Virus record (IMG/VR): IMGVR_UViG_3300049001_000044
Location: 1-64,000 of that record
Length of the DNA: 64,000 bases
Direction: 5' to 3' (one strand)
This document shows, one piece after another, positions 27,723 through 37,949 of this stretch; within the stretch, counting starts at the first letter, position 1, and the number at the start of each line of letters is the position of its first letter. The translations under genes and the position numbers were made by a program. The notes beneath the pieces were generated by a model. It saw nothing but the letters and a program-made list of their open reading frames with translations, was not told the DNA's origin and searched no databases.

Positions 27723-28475
27723 TCACTTTGCGTGGCCCACGGGATCAACGAGGTGGTAGTGACGAGCGTAAACGTGGAGAGAACCGACTTGCCAGATCAG
27801 ATCACCAACCTCGACGTTCAGTTCTGCTGCGAGCTTCTCTTGCACGTGGCGTTGCCATGCACGATCGTTCTTGTAGCCGAAGACTGCGTCATTCGAGCGC
27901 ATGTTCACGATCGATATCAGCTTACCACCACGAATGAGGTACTGAACTGTGTTGGTGCACATGAAGTCAGAGCGGCCGTTCAGGTTGTAGTCCAGCCACA
28001 TCGAAGGACGAGTGTAGATGGCGATGGCACGGCGTGACTCTGGATTTTTCTTCAGCTCTTGAACGACTTGTTCATACTGCGAAGGGGCCAGAGACAGGAG
28101 ACGAGTGGAAGCGCTGGTCTCACGTGCTTCATACTCATTCATCATGAAGCCGTTCTCATGCGAGTAGAGGGTCCAGCCGTAGTTGGAGTTGATGAAGCCA
28201 TCTTTGTCAGCGACGGCTTTCCAAATCTGTGGAGCACCACCAGGGATGTCATTGACGTTCAGCGACATGGAGTTGTACCACGCCTCTTCACGTGCGACAT
28301 AGTCCCAGTTCACTTCACCGAAGATCGCTTCCTCATCAGCGAGAAACGTTGCACCGACAATTTCGATGGTGGTGTTGCCAGTCAGGGAAGTCATGCTACC
28401 TTCTCTGTTGACAGATGTGAACTGACCTGCTGCGAGCAGGTCTTCAAATTGCTTGCGGATATCTTTGGTTTGCAT
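27723..28475 (-). CDS. dCMP hydroxymethylase (T4 gp42-like; thymidylate synthase fold)
   Basis: SNYG, SRRA, DFMCT, MRSNDAVFGYKND; final Asp indicates dCMP specificity as in gp42. Confidence 0.85.
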   Translation of the reverse strand: MQTKDIRKQFEDLLAAGQFTSVNREGSMTSLTGNTTIEIVGATFLADEEAIFGEVNWDYVAREEAWYNSMSLNVNDIPGGAPQIWKAVADKDGFINSNYGWTLYSHENGFMMNEYEARETSASTRLLSLAPSQYEQVVQELKKNPESRRAIAIYTRPSMWLDYNLNGRSDFMCTNTVQYLIRGGKLISIVNMRSNDAVFGYKNDRAWQRHVQEKLAAELNVEVGDLIWQVGSLHVYARHYHLVDPVGHAK

Positions 28476-28548
28476 TTTTGAGAATGGAATTGAAAGAGAT
28501 ACTTATGAAGCGTTCCATTCATCGTGGTGGCCCAGGACGGGCCAGTCA

Positions 28549-28767
28549 TCAGAGACGTTTGAGTTCGTCGGAGTGAACGCACCCCTGCACAATGACGGAG
28601 GGGTCAGTAGTGCATTTTAACTCGATGTGATCGTAGTGGTAAACTCCTACCACTTCAAAGTGATGACCCTTGTAGGCGTCGTAGTATGGAGTGTAGGGTG
28701 CTTCGAACACTTTGGATCGGAAGCACACATTCATCCCCACACCAATGTGTGGAGTAGCGGAGTTCAT
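28549..28767 (-). CDS. Hypothetical protein
   Basis: Overlap-coupled run. Confidence 0.65.
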   Translation of the reverse strand: MNSATPHIGVGMNVCFRSKVFEAPYTPYYDAYKGHHFEVVGVYHYDHIELKCTTDPSVIVQGCVHSDELKRL

Positions 28768-29003
28768 GAGTCTGGAGTTGTGTAGAAAGGAGGGACGAAG
28801 CGGGCGTTGAATGCTACGATTGCTGCATCAGCGACTTGGGTTGCGACATAGCTGTCCCGGCCGTGGTTGACCGCCGCGGTGAATGTGTTCGCCCACAAAT
28901 CCTGTTGCGTCTTCTGTAGCTCACTCATCGAGCGGGTCTGGCCATTGAAGTTGGGATGGCTGAGAAATTTTGCTTGATCAATCATCTTGTAATCCCATCC
29001 CAA
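28764..29003 (-). CDS. Hypothetical protein
   Basis: Overlap-coupled run. Confidence 0.65.
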   Translation of the reverse strand: MGWDYKMIDQAKFLSHPNFNGQTRSMSELQKTQQDLWANTFTAAVNHGRDSYVATQVADAAIVAFNARFVPPFYTTPDS

Positions 29004-29176
29004 TCATCGCCGTTCGGCGCGCGGCAAAGACTGTTGAAAACCCCATACATCACGAAGATAATCAGGGCGAGCAGGAGACCAACAGCGATGAACTTAATGG
29101 CCGTGAACCCAACCCAAGCAATGCAGATCAGGGCGAAGACGATCACGAGGGAAGCGATGATGGACTTTAGCCGCAC
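28982..29176 (-). CDS. Small membrane protein
   Basis: Two hydrophobic helices. Confidence 0.7.
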   Translation of the reverse strand: MRLKSIIASLVIVFALICIAWVGFTAIKFIAVGLLLALIIFVMYGVFNSLCRAPNGDDWDGITR

Positions 29177-29463
29177 TTCTTCACCTCTTTAACCTTCGTC
29201 ACCGACTTCTTCGTCGGATTGAAGCTGCCTTGGTAGAAGCGCGTGTTGGATTCCAGCACTTTGCCTTCTACCGCATCTTCCTTGGCGAGGATCTGGGTGG
29301 AGCAGGTTTCTCCCAGCTTGTCCTTGATATGGGACCACGGCGAGAGCGACCAGCGGGAGAGCTTGTTGCAGACCTTCACTTCGCAATAGCCAGGTGGCGG
29401 AGTTGCAGCGAAGGTCTGAGTGGAGATGAGAGTTGCGATCAGCAGCAGAATGGTCTTCTTCAT
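29167..29463 (-). CDS. Secreted Cys-containing protein
   Basis: Signal peptide MKKTILLLIATLISTQTFA; four Cys. Confidence 0.8.
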   Translation of the reverse strand: MKKTILLLIATLISTQTFAATPPPGYCEVKVCNKLSRWSLSPWSHIKDKLGETCSTQILAKEDAVEGKVLESNTRFYQGSFNPTKKSVTKVKEVKKCG

Positions 29464-29518
29464 AAGCACCTCAAGTTAGAGTAAGTATATTCTAACTTGA
29501 GGTGCATCTCAGTAAAAC

Positions 29519-30535
29519 TTAGACCTCTACTTTCTTGCTTAGCTCGTGGTCCTTCTGCACTTTGTCACGGAGGATGGTGAGGAACTTGACAAGCTTGTCC
29601 TCATTGAAGTCGAGAAGATCATAGCGCTTGATTGCGATGTATGGGCCTTCGAACCAAATTTCGTTGTTGCTATCTGCATCAGGATCAACGGGTAGGTTCT
29701 GAAGTGTATGAGCAGATGCTTCGAAGTCTGCAGGTTTGATGTCGTCGAGGAACTCTCCAACTAGTGAATAGCCTTGGCTTTCCACTTCCTCATAGAGTCG
29801 ATCAAACATCTGATGAACTGGCCAGCCGATATCACCAGCCTTCATGCCAATCTTATTCATTCGCTTTGCGAATGTGTCAGAAAAGCGGACAGCCATCTCG
29901 AAGGACCCACCATTCAATCTGTCCGTCACTGGCTCTTTGAGTAGAGCGAGCGTGTTGGTTTGAGTTGCGACTTCGATGAAAGTGTTGCGCAATTTACTGC
30001 TCTCGTTCCCATCTTGGTAGTGCTCGCGAGCATTCGAAATCGACGCATAAAGTAAGGTACCAACAGAGCGAAGATTCTGTTCGGTTCTAAATGCTTTCGA
30101 GCCAATGTCTGCTTCATTCACGTCGTAGGGCATGTAACCGAAAAGGTTAGGATGATCAGCCGGAATAATCAGAGCGGAGTCACTGCCGAATTTTCCAATG
30201 TGATTTCTACTTTGAGTGGCGAAGTAGCTTCGCTTGCGATTTGGGAAACCTTTCCACTTCGAGATGACATTCAGAATAGTGCTATCCCCCGTTACTGATT
30301 CACGGTCAGAAGTACGGCCAGCGAAATGATATAAGCCGACGTCATAGCGATCAGCGATGGTGAAGTCGTCCTCGTCGCTCTCAAATTCGACGAATGAATT
30401 TCCAAGCTTCTTGCCGTCTTGGAAGTACATGCCTCTCCACAGGAATAGCTTACGCTCAATCATAGTGTTTAAACTGTGGAGAAAACCGTCGAAGGTGATG
30501 CCGTTGTTCTCCATCAGGTATTGTTTAAATCTCAT
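29519..30535 (-). CDS. Putative internal virion protein, paralog of 30532..31536
   Basis: MRFKQYLME; LWRGM, FPNRKRSYFATQ, IIPAD, EIWFEG shared with the neighbour. Confidence 0.8.
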   Translation of the reverse strand: MRFKQYLMENNGITFDGFLHSLNTMIERKLFLWRGMYFQDGKKLGNSFVEFESDEDDFTIADRYDVGLYHFAGRTSDRESVTGDSTILNVISKWKGFPNRKRSYFATQSRNHIGKFGSDSALIIPADHPNLFGYMPYDVNEADIGSKAFRTEQNLRSVGTLLYASISNAREHYQDGNESSKLRNTFIEVATQTNTLALLKEPVTDRLNGGSFEMAVRFSDTFAKRMNKIGMKAGDIGWPVHQMFDRLYEEVESQGYSLVGEFLDDIKPADFEASAHTLQNLPVDPDADSNNEIWFEGPYIAIKRYDLLDFNEDKLVKFLTILRDKVQKDHELSKKVEV

Positions 30536-31536
30536 GCTTTGTTTCTCAATTCTTTCAATACCGTGACGACGTCTGCTCTATCAAAGTGACGACCGCTTAA
30601 AGGCATTTCCACGAAGAGGAAGTCGCCAACAAACCAAATCTCAGACGCAGTATCTTTCACAGGGATTTGTTCAAGCGAGGTGAAGGCCTTTGCCTTGTAC
30701 TTTTCAGGTGACACACTCTTGAAGACGTCTACGATACTGGCCAAACCTTCTGCCTCCATGTGCTCCTTCAGTGCTGCAATGCTATCAAGTAGTCGGTCAG
30801 AATAGATGGTATCTCTTTCCATCTTTTTCAGCTTGTCGTAATAGCGTATGGCCCAATCAACAAGTTCGGCCACGTTCATTACCTTCTTACCGAAGTTCAT
30901 TCGATAGACTGCAAGACTGTCAATCTCTTCTACACCATAATCCGTTTTGGCGTCGAGAAGGCGAAGCCTAAACTCATTGCTCTTCTCCATGTTAGCGATT
31001 GCCATTGTGAAGTCAGACAGAAGGTTCTGTACGCCTGCCATGACCTTTTCTACTTTGGCGCGATGCTGAGCGGGTGCGCTTTTTGCTTTGCTCTCGTTGA
31101 AGTCAGTGGGTGAGTAGCCGTACAAGTCTACATTGTCGGCGGGAATGACGGCACCGAACTTACCAAACATATCTGTATGGGCGGTCTTTTGGGTAGTAAA
31201 GGTTGACAGTCGTCTGTTTGGGAATCCCTCCCACATTGATCCCAAGTCCAAGAAGACGTTCGAACCGATCTTCGACATGCGAGGTTCTTTACGAGCAGGA
31301 TAATCAAAGACCGACACATCAAACGTCCAGCCCTTTTGTTCGATAGGGTTTCCAGTGGTGATATCGACTGGCCCGCCTGTAGTAGGGATGGTGACGCGAT
31401 AATCGCCAACCTTAAATTTGTCTTCTGTTCGCATACCCCTAAACAGGGCAAGATTGCGCTCGATCATAAGGTCGAGATTCTTGCGGTACTTGGCAAGAGG
31501 GTTGCTTGATTCCGTCAGATAGGTTTTGAATCTCAT
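30532..31536 (-). CDS. Putative internal virion protein, paralog of 29519..30535
   Basis: MRFKTYLTE; LFRGM, FPNRRLSTFTTQ, VIPAD, EIWFVG. Confidence 0.8.
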   Translation of the reverse strand: MRFKTYLTESSNPLAKYRKNLDLMIERNLALFRGMRTEDKFKVGDYRVTIPTTGGPVDITTGNPIEQKGWTFDVSVFDYPARKEPRMSKIGSNVFLDLGSMWEGFPNRRLSTFTTQKTAHTDMFGKFGAVIPADNVDLYGYSPTDFNESKAKSAPAQHRAKVEKVMAGVQNLLSDFTMAIANMEKSNEFRLRLLDAKTDYGVEEIDSLAVYRMNFGKKVMNVAELVDWAIRYYDKLKKMERDTIYSDRLLDSIAALKEHMEAEGLASIVDVFKSVSPEKYKAKAFTSLEQIPVKDTASEIWFVGDFLFVEMPLSGRHFDRADVVTVLKELRNKA

Positions 31537-32420
31537 AGCTCTGTTGGGATAGGAAGGTTGGAATTAGCGAGGTCTTCCTTCGCTGCCTTGATTACCTCAG
31601 CGGCGTTGGGTAGCTTCTTGATCTTTGCCGCGACTTGTTCGGCTGTCATGAGGTCGCTTGCTTTCGTACCTTTACCAAAGATGAAGCTTGCCACTTGATC
31701 AGGGTCGGAAATGATCTCTGCGTCGTGGGAGAACTGGACAGGTTTACCAACCAACTTATTAACTTCCTTTTGAAGGTGAGTGGGTGAAACTTTGTTGCTG
31801 GCTGTTCTACTCCATTCACCAGTCCTCTTGCTCTTACCAGCCATTTTGAAGAGACGTTCAAGTCCAACATCCAGCTTTAGTGCGCGAGATGCACGGGCGA
31901 TTACCTTGTCGCCATCTTTGACGATGAGGTCTTTACCTGCTTCCTGCTTGTAGCGAACTGCAGCCATCAGCATGATGTTACGAACAGCGCCAGGATATTT
32001 GCTACCCACACCTTGCGCAGAGTGGTAGATGAACTTGGCCCATTGCTTGTCTTGTACAAACATCAGGTCGACTTGGACCTTCTTACCGCCTACGTCCACC
32101 GCGTAGGAACCAATCTTCGTTCCCTTGTTCATGCTGCCCTCATTGTTGCAGAGAGCGAGCATCCGCTTGTCAGCTTCGTCAGGATCAATCTGCTCGGTAG
32201 ACATGGCAATGTCTATGTCGCCAGAATCTTTCTTCTTGCCAGCCAGCGTGACTTCGGTGGAGCCAAGAAGAGATGCTTGAATGGTTTGCTTGTCAATGCC
32301 GAGAGCTTTGGATACCAGCTCGATCGCTTTGACGATGTCTTGCTTCGTGGCTCTCTGCACGTTGTACTTTGCCGTTGCAGCACCACCTTCCATGAGGAGG
32401 AATGTTTTGAAATTTATCAT
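31533..32420 (-). CDS. Pol-beta-superfamily nucleotidyltransferase with capsid-targeting-like N-terminus
   Basis: LLGS...DSGDIDIA...VQVDLM catalytic pattern; MINFKTFLLME; late promoter upstream. Confidence 0.8.
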   Translation of the reverse strand: MINFKTFLLMEGGAATAKYNVQRATKQDIVKAIELVSKALGIDKQTIQASLLGSTEVTLAGKKKDSGDIDIAMSTEQIDPDEADKRMLALCNNEGSMNKGTKIGSYAVDVGGKKVQVDLMFVQDKQWAKFIYHSAQGVGSKYPGAVRNIMLMAAVRYKQEAGKDLIVKDGDKVIARASRALKLDVGLERLFKMAGKSKRTGEWSRTASNKVSPTHLQKEVNKLVGKPVQFSHDAEIISDPDQVASFIFGKGTKASDLMTAEQVAAKIKKLPNAAEVIKAAKEDLANSNLPIPTEL

Positions 32421-32482
32421 GATGCGATCATGTAGTAGGATCCACTATTTATGAATGTCAGTTCGATCATTCAGGAGAAGAG

Positions 32483-32490
32483 GATAAATA
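32483..32490 (+). promoter_or_regulatory. Late promoter-like GATAAATA, divergent from CATAAATA at 32446-32453 (-)
   Basis: Directly upstream of the tail-fibre gene. Confidence 0.6.
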
Positions 32491-32516
32491 TGGAGATCAC
32501 TTAAGGAGATTCCCAC

Positions 32517-35363
32517 ATGCTATTCCAAGGCATAACACTTGTTGAAGGTTCAGAGCGTCAAAACCTGACGGTAGACGCCGGCGCGACTCTGCCTTCTACA
32601 GCAATCAAAGGTCAGCTGTTCTATATGGTGAATGGCACGAGCACCGGTCTGTACTTCTACAGTGGTAGCGCGTGGATTCTTATCAAGGATCAGAACAACG
32701 ACCTAAAATATACCCCAGTGAACAAGGCCGGCGACACCATGTCCGGTAAGCTCACTCTTGCAGTCGACCCTGGCGCACCAATGGACGCAGTAACGAAGCG
32801 CTACGTCGACAACTATCAATTCACGTGGGACAACGTAGGGATGAAACCTACGACCATCGCAGGATTTGGCATCAAGGATGCTCAGCCACTGAATGGTAAT
32901 CTCACATCCATTTCTGCGGTGACTGGAACCGGCTTCCTCACTCGCACAGGTCTGAATACGTACGCTGTCCGTTCATTGACCGGAACAGCAAGTCGAATCA
33001 ACGTCACGAATGCAGATGGTTTGAATGGTGCACCTACGATCGACTTGGCACCGACCGGTCTGCCATCTGGCACCTATGTACGAGTAACCACCGATGAATT
33101 CGGTAGAGTGCTAAATGGCGTCAACACTCTTCCATGGGATTCGATCTCGTCTACCCCAACAACTCTCGCTGGTTATGGCATTGCTGATGCGCAGGCCAAG
33201 AGCATTGACTTGAATGCCATCGCTGCTCTTTCGTCAGGTTATGGTCTGTTGAAAAGAAACAGCGACGGTACATGGGCTCTTGACAGCACCAGCTACGCGC
33301 TGCTTAACTCGCCAGATTTCTTTGGAGTTCCTAAGGCTCCTACTGCACCTAATGGAACCAGCACGACTCAGATCGCAACCACTGCGTTCGTAATGAACAC
33401 AGCATCTGCTCTGCAATCTTCGGTGCAGGGCGGTTCAGTGGCGTCGGCAAACAAGTGGACAACCGCTAGAACCCTGTCACTGGGCGGTGATGGTACTATG
33501 TCGATGGTTGTGGATGGTTCAGGTGATGTCAACGCCACCCTCACCTTTGCGAACGTCAACGCTAACGTAGGTTCCTACGGCACTGCGTCAAGTGTTGCGA
33601 GCTTTACAGTTAATGCGAAAGGTCTTGTCACTGCAGCAAGCAACACTCCAATCGCAATCGCTACCTCACAAGTTACGTCGGGTACTTTAGCTGACGCACG
33701 CATTGCCCAAAGCAACGTTACCCAATATCAAGCAGCCCTGTCGATTGCTGAAAGCCAGATCCCTGATGCAGGCATTCTTGCTCGTGTTGCAAGCGCCGAG
33801 ACTGTTACTGGTGCATGGACCTTCACCACTCCTATCGTTGGTGTTGATCCTACCCTCGCAACGCATCTCGTTACGAAGCAGTATGTGGATAACATCACGA
33901 CTGGTCTGGATTTTAAAGCATCGGTAAAAGCAGCGACGACTGCGAATATTGCGGCTCTGTCCGGTGAGCAGACGATTGACGGCGTGGCGTTGGTTGCTGG
34001 TGACCGTGTCCTCGTCAAAGATCAATCCACTGCTTCCCAAAACGGTATCTACGTCGTGGCCGTTGGCGTATGGAGCAGATCGTCTGATGCTGACAATACT
34101 CCTGGTATTGAGATCACCGCAGGCATGTACTGCTTCGTGGAGCAGGGTACGACGAACGCTGATAGTGGATGGGTGCTCACTACTGACGGCCCAATCACGC
34201 TCGGTACTACCTCACTAGCCTTTGCGCAATTCACCGGTCTCGGTCAAGTAACTGCTGGCAGTGGCCTCACGAAGAATGGCTCAACCATCTCCGTAGCCAC
34301 TGCAGCAGCTTCACGCATTGCTGTTAGTTCTGGTGGTGTTGATTTGGCAACAGTCAGTGACAATGGTTCAGGCGCGTTCAAGAAGGTAAGCGTTGATGCG
34401 TACGGTAGAGTTGTCGGTACGACCCCAGTAGTGACATCTGATCTCTCCTCGCTTCTCACCTCTACGAACATCGCTGAAGGAACGAACCTCTACTACACTG
34501 ATACCCGTGCTCGCACCGCGCTCAGCGTCAGTGGTACCGGTCTTTCATACAACGCATCAACCGGTGTCATTTCATCAAATGCAACTAACGCGAATACCGC
34601 TTCAACACCGGTTGCGCGCGATGCATCTGGTAACTTTAGTGCCGGTACAATCACCGCAACTTTGTCAGGTAGCTTAACCGTTCAACAAACAAATGAAATG
34701 GACCTAGCTAATGGTTTTGCTGGTGGTACTTTGTGGTTGAACTATCGTGGCACCAGCGCGGCGATTACTCAGGTGAATATCGCCAACGGTTTGTCCACTG
34801 GTGCTCTTGCCGCAATCAACGCATCAAACATTAGCGCCGGTGGTAATGTAACTGGTACAGCGACTAACGTCACCGGTACTGTTGCCATTGCTAATGGCGG
34901 TACTGGCGCAACCACTGCCGCCCAAGCAGTTAAAAACCTTGGTGCTGTCGCTGTTGATGGTAGCACCGAAATGAGCGGCAAGCTAGCAATCCAAAAGAAC
35001 AACGCTGCCATTAGTAGCAACTCGTATTCCGGCGGTCATATCGAATTGCGTACCGTGGATGGTTCATACCCAGTGTTGGGCTTCCATCGTGCTGGCTCCA
35101 GCGCGGTAGCTTTGTACCACGATAGCATTAGTTCACTACGCTTGAAAGATGTAAATGGCGGCGATTTTCAAATGTTCCATAGCGGAAATTTGACAAATCT
35201 AAACCAGCTATCGAATGGTCCAGGATATGCAACAGCGGCAAGCGTCCCCGCAGTTAATCCAAGTACTCCAAAAGACGGCGACGTTCAAGTGGCGGCGGGC
35301 CCAACCATTTCAATCTACGCAGCAGGTGCGTGGAGGCAGATCTTCCCAGCGGTGTACTCGTAA
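32517..35363 (+). CDS. Long tail-fibre protein
   Basis: Thr/Ser/Ala/Gly-rich 948 aa; YTPVNKAGDTMSG, PTTLAGYGIAD, PKAPT...STTQIATTAFV repeats. Confidence 0.88.
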   Translation: MLFQGITLVEGSERQNLTVDAGATLPSTAIKGQLFYMVNGTSTGLYFYSGSAWILIKDQNNDLKYTPVNKAGDTMSGKLTLAVDPGAPMDAVTKRYVDNYQFTWDNVGMKPTTIAGFGIKDAQPLNGNLTSISAVTGTGFLTRTGLNTYAVRSLTGTASRINVTNADGLNGAPTIDLAPTGLPSGTYVRVTTDEFGRVLNGVNTLPWDSISSTPTTLAGYGIADAQAKSIDLNAIAALSSGYGLLKRNSDGTWALDSTSYALLNSPDFFGVPKAPTAPNGTSTTQIATTAFVMNTASALQSSVQGGSVASANKWTTARTLSLGGDGTMSMVVDGSGDVNATLTFANVNANVGSYGTASSVASFTVNAKGLVTAASNTPIAIATSQVTSGTLADARIAQSNVTQYQAALSIAESQIPDAGILARVASAETVTGAWTFTTPIVGVDPTLATHLVTKQYVDNITTGLDFKASVKAATTANIAALSGEQTIDGVALVAGDRVLVKDQSTASQNGIYVVAVGVWSRSSDADNTPGIEITAGMYCFVEQGTTNADSGWVLTTDGPITLGTTSLAFAQFTGLGQVTAGSGLTKNGSTISVATAAASRIAVSSGGVDLATVSDNGSGAFKKVSVDAYGRVVGTTPVVTSDLSSLLTSTNIAEGTNLYYTDTRARTALSVSGTGLSYNASTGVISSNATNANTASTPVARDASGNFSAGTITATLSGSLTVQQTNEMDLANGFAGGTLWLNYRGTSAAITQVNIANGLSTGALAAINASNISAGGNVTGTATNVTGTVAIANGGTGATTAAQAVKNLGAVAVDGSTEMSGKLAIQKNNAAISSNSYSGGHIELRTVDGSYPVLGFHRAGSSAVALYHDSISSLRLKDVNGGDFQMFHSGNLTNLNQLSNGPGYATAASVPAVNPSTPKDGDVQVAAGPTISIYAAGAWRQIFPAVYS

Positions 35364-35378
35364 TAGGAAACAATAATA

Positions 35379-37022
35379 ATGACATACGCAAAAGGCAACA
35401 GTATCCTAGCGACGGACTTTAACTCTCTTGCTGGTACGATTAATGCTTTCACGCCGTATGCTTCATCCGCTGCTGCGACTCAAAAGGTCGCAGCACTTTG
35501 GGGTGTAGGATATGGAGATCGAGGCTACGGGCAAACTTCACCTGCTTTGACTAAGAAGACAGTAGGGCGCACTAACGAACTACTGTGGCTGTGCTCTCCA
35601 TCTGGAGACGGTGATGGAGATGGCGGTTGGAACACGAACGCATTCCCAATTGATCGCACGAAGAAGTACCGTTCAACGGTATGGATCAAAGTACTGAATG
35701 GAAGTGGTAGTGCGTATCACGGTCCTGGTCCTTTCGGTGATACGCAGGTGTGCAACTTGGATGGATCCACCAATACGAACCCGTATTGGTTTTCTAATAG
35801 CGCAAGCATCATGCAACCGGGACAATGGTATCTGAGCGTGGGTATTCTTCATGAGTCCTCCTATGCTGGCGGCTACTCAGGAATCTCAGGACTGTACGAC
35901 ATTCATGGCAACAAGATTTTCCAGTACGTTGAGTACAAGAGTTCGCCGACTGCCACATACTGTGTTCATCGTGCATATCACTACTACGATAGTGACTCTA
36001 CCCAACGTCAGTGGTTTGCAAGACCTCGTTTTGAGGCAATCACCGGCTCTGAGCCTTCAGTTGCATCCCTAATTGCGGCAAGCGTCGATGCGTACCCTCT
36101 TGACACCCTCATTACTCCAAGCGCATGGACTGTTGGTAATGTTGGTTCTCAGGGTGGCATTGGAACGTTTGGCTTGAACCAAACCAACACCAATGAGAAC
36201 AGCATCGTGCTTGCGAATGGCGACGGCCCAACCGGATCGATGGTGAAAGCCCAAGACTTTCTGGACTTGAGAAGCGCCATCGCCAGCATTGCATCGTATC
36301 AAGGAACGGCAACCACGCTGCTTCCTCCAACGACGGAGTTTGCTGCAGGTGGATTGATTAAGGCGGAAGTTCCTGCTACGACCACCTACGATTTTCCTAC
36401 GATGATCGCTAACATCGACAACAACCGTCTAATTGCAGCTCCTGCGAATATGTCGGTTGTGGTTAACTCGTTGAACGTAACCAGATCGACTACATGGGGC
36501 GGTGCTAGTACGGGTATCGTTTGCGAAGTCACTGCTGCATTTGCCTCAGAAGATGCGGCTAGATACTTCTTCAATTCAGGTGGAACGATTAACTTGACGT
36601 TGTCTCACTCGACAACTACCACTCCACAGAACTCGAACTGGAACTCTATCCTCAGCGCGTTGGGTGTTATCAAGGTGGGTGCACGAGCAACGACAAGAAC
36701 CGGTTCAGGTGGAACTCCCGCAGCAATCGGTTACTACAACTTAACCACCGCATATCAGGCTGTCTTTAATGGAACGAACATCGGTGCTGGCGCGTATGTA
36801 GCGAATGACGTGCTAGTTGAAGCGATGGCAGTGTCGGTTGCTGGGGTGAATGGTGGTAATGGAACTACTGTCAAGATACGAATCACTCTATCTGACCAAC
36901 ACACCAACTCGTTCTCAGATATCGTGGCGGCTGGAACTGTTGCATCGTTCGGCTACACTAAGGCCGCACTAGTCCTAGCGGGAATTCCTTCACCCACATT
37001 CACAACGATCACCAACTTCTAA
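35379..37022 (+). CDS. Tail or fibre-associated structural protein with an inserted beta-sandwich domain
   Basis: Co-transcribed with the fibre gene; FASEDAARYFFNSGG motif; aromatic-rich internal domain. Confidence 0.75.
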   Translation: MTYAKGNSILATDFNSLAGTINAFTPYASSAAATQKVAALWGVGYGDRGYGQTSPALTKKTVGRTNELLWLCSPSGDGDGDGGWNTNAFPIDRTKKYRSTVWIKVLNGSGSAYHGPGPFGDTQVCNLDGSTNTNPYWFSNSASIMQPGQWYLSVGILHESSYAGGYSGISGLYDIHGNKIFQYVEYKSSPTATYCVHRAYHYYDSDSTQRQWFARPRFEAITGSEPSVASLIAASVDAYPLDTLITPSAWTVGNVGSQGGIGTFGLNQTNTNENSIVLANGDGPTGSMVKAQDFLDLRSAIASIASYQGTATTLLPPTTEFAAGGLIKAEVPATTTYDFPTMIANIDNNRLIAAPANMSVVVNSLNVTRSTTWGGASTGIVCEVTAAFASEDAARYFFNSGGTINLTLSHSTTTTPQNSNWNSILSALGVIKVGARATTRTGSGGTPAAIGYYNLTTAYQAVFNGTNIGAGAYVANDVLVEAMAVSVAGVNGGNGTTVKIRITLSDQHTNSFSDIVAAGTVASFGYTKAALVLAGIPSPTFTTITNF

Positions 37023-37030
37023 GCAAAAGA

Positions 37031-37052
37031 AAAGGGAGCCTAGGCTCCCTTT
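37031..37052. terminator. Bidirectional intrinsic terminator
   Basis: AAAGGGAGCC-TA-GGCTCCCTTT between convergent genes. Confidence 0.75.
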
Positions 37053-37068
37053 GTTATGTGCGGTCAAC

Positions 37069-37656
37069 TTACTTACCCGCTAATCCCTCTTCCACCACTT
37101 TCATCATCGCCTTGTAGCCGCGAAGGTTCGCTTTAGCATCGCTCAGTGCGTGATGTTGGATTTCACCGGTATCCTTGAAGTACTGGTAGAATTCTTCATC
37201 ATACATAAACTTTGCACGAGTTGCGATCTCACTGTAGATGACATCAGGTGGGTCGATGCGAAGTGCGGCCAGTCGCTGGTGATTTTGCAACAACAGAGCA
37301 GGCGGGGTTTCGATGTGGACTGGATGCTTCTCGATTTTGGGATGCTTCTCGTGGCCGAACAATTCACCCAGTAGTTCCCAGTCGCCGCGATAGTCGATAA
37401 TGATTTCAATCTTCTCATCGCCAGCAACTTCATTCAGCCATTCCCAAACATTCGCACCCAGCGCAGCTCGGGTGTACCCATGCTTGGCGAAGTTGCAAAG
37501 TGGTAGCACGACTTCCTTCACGAACTGTGAACAGGCTTTCTTGTCGTATTCGTAATTCTCGCCGTAAAACTCCCTGCCATCTTCAGTCACCAGACCGATG
37601 GAGATGAGATCACGGTCGCGAAAGTCGGTAAATTCAGTGTCAATGAATACTTTCAA
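37069..37656 (-). CDS. DEDDh 3'-5' exonuclease
   Basis: FIDTEFT (Exo I), HHALSDA (Exo III). Confidence 0.9.
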   Translation of the reverse strand: MKVFIDTEFTDFRDRDLISIGLVTEDGREFYGENYEYDKKACSQFVKEVVLPLCNFAKHGYTRAALGANVWEWLNEVAGDEKIEIIIDYRGDWELLGELFGHEKHPKIEKHPVHIETPPALLLQNHQRLAALRIDPPDVIYSEIATRAKFMYDEEFYQYFKDTGEIQHHALSDAKANLRGYKAMMKVVEEGLAGK

Positions 37657-37949
37657 TCGTTTCCTTTCTTGGCCATCGCAACGGCCAGTTTGAGTGTTTC
37701 AATACGCTGCGGATCGCCCTTTGGCCACCACTCCTGCAGGTTCTTCAGGTTCTCGCTGACATGACTGGGCTTGAACGTCATCCATACTTTCATGGCCTTG
37801 CTGACGACATTGTTCGCACCAGTATCCCAGCGGATTTGGGTCTCCACGTCTTGGATTGCAGCGCAGGCAAACTTCTGCTCGCCGCTCTCAATTAAGGCAA
37901 GTGCCTTGGTGAGAACTTCAGACGACTTTACCTTTAGCGTTCCGCTCAT
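37653..37949 (-). CDS. Hypothetical protein
   Basis: Overlap-coupled run. Confidence 0.7.
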   Translation of the reverse strand: MSGTLKVKSSEVLTKALALIESGEQKFACAAIQDVETQIRWDTGANNVVSKAMKVWMTFKPSHVSENLKNLQEWWPKGDPQRIETLKLAVAMAKKGND

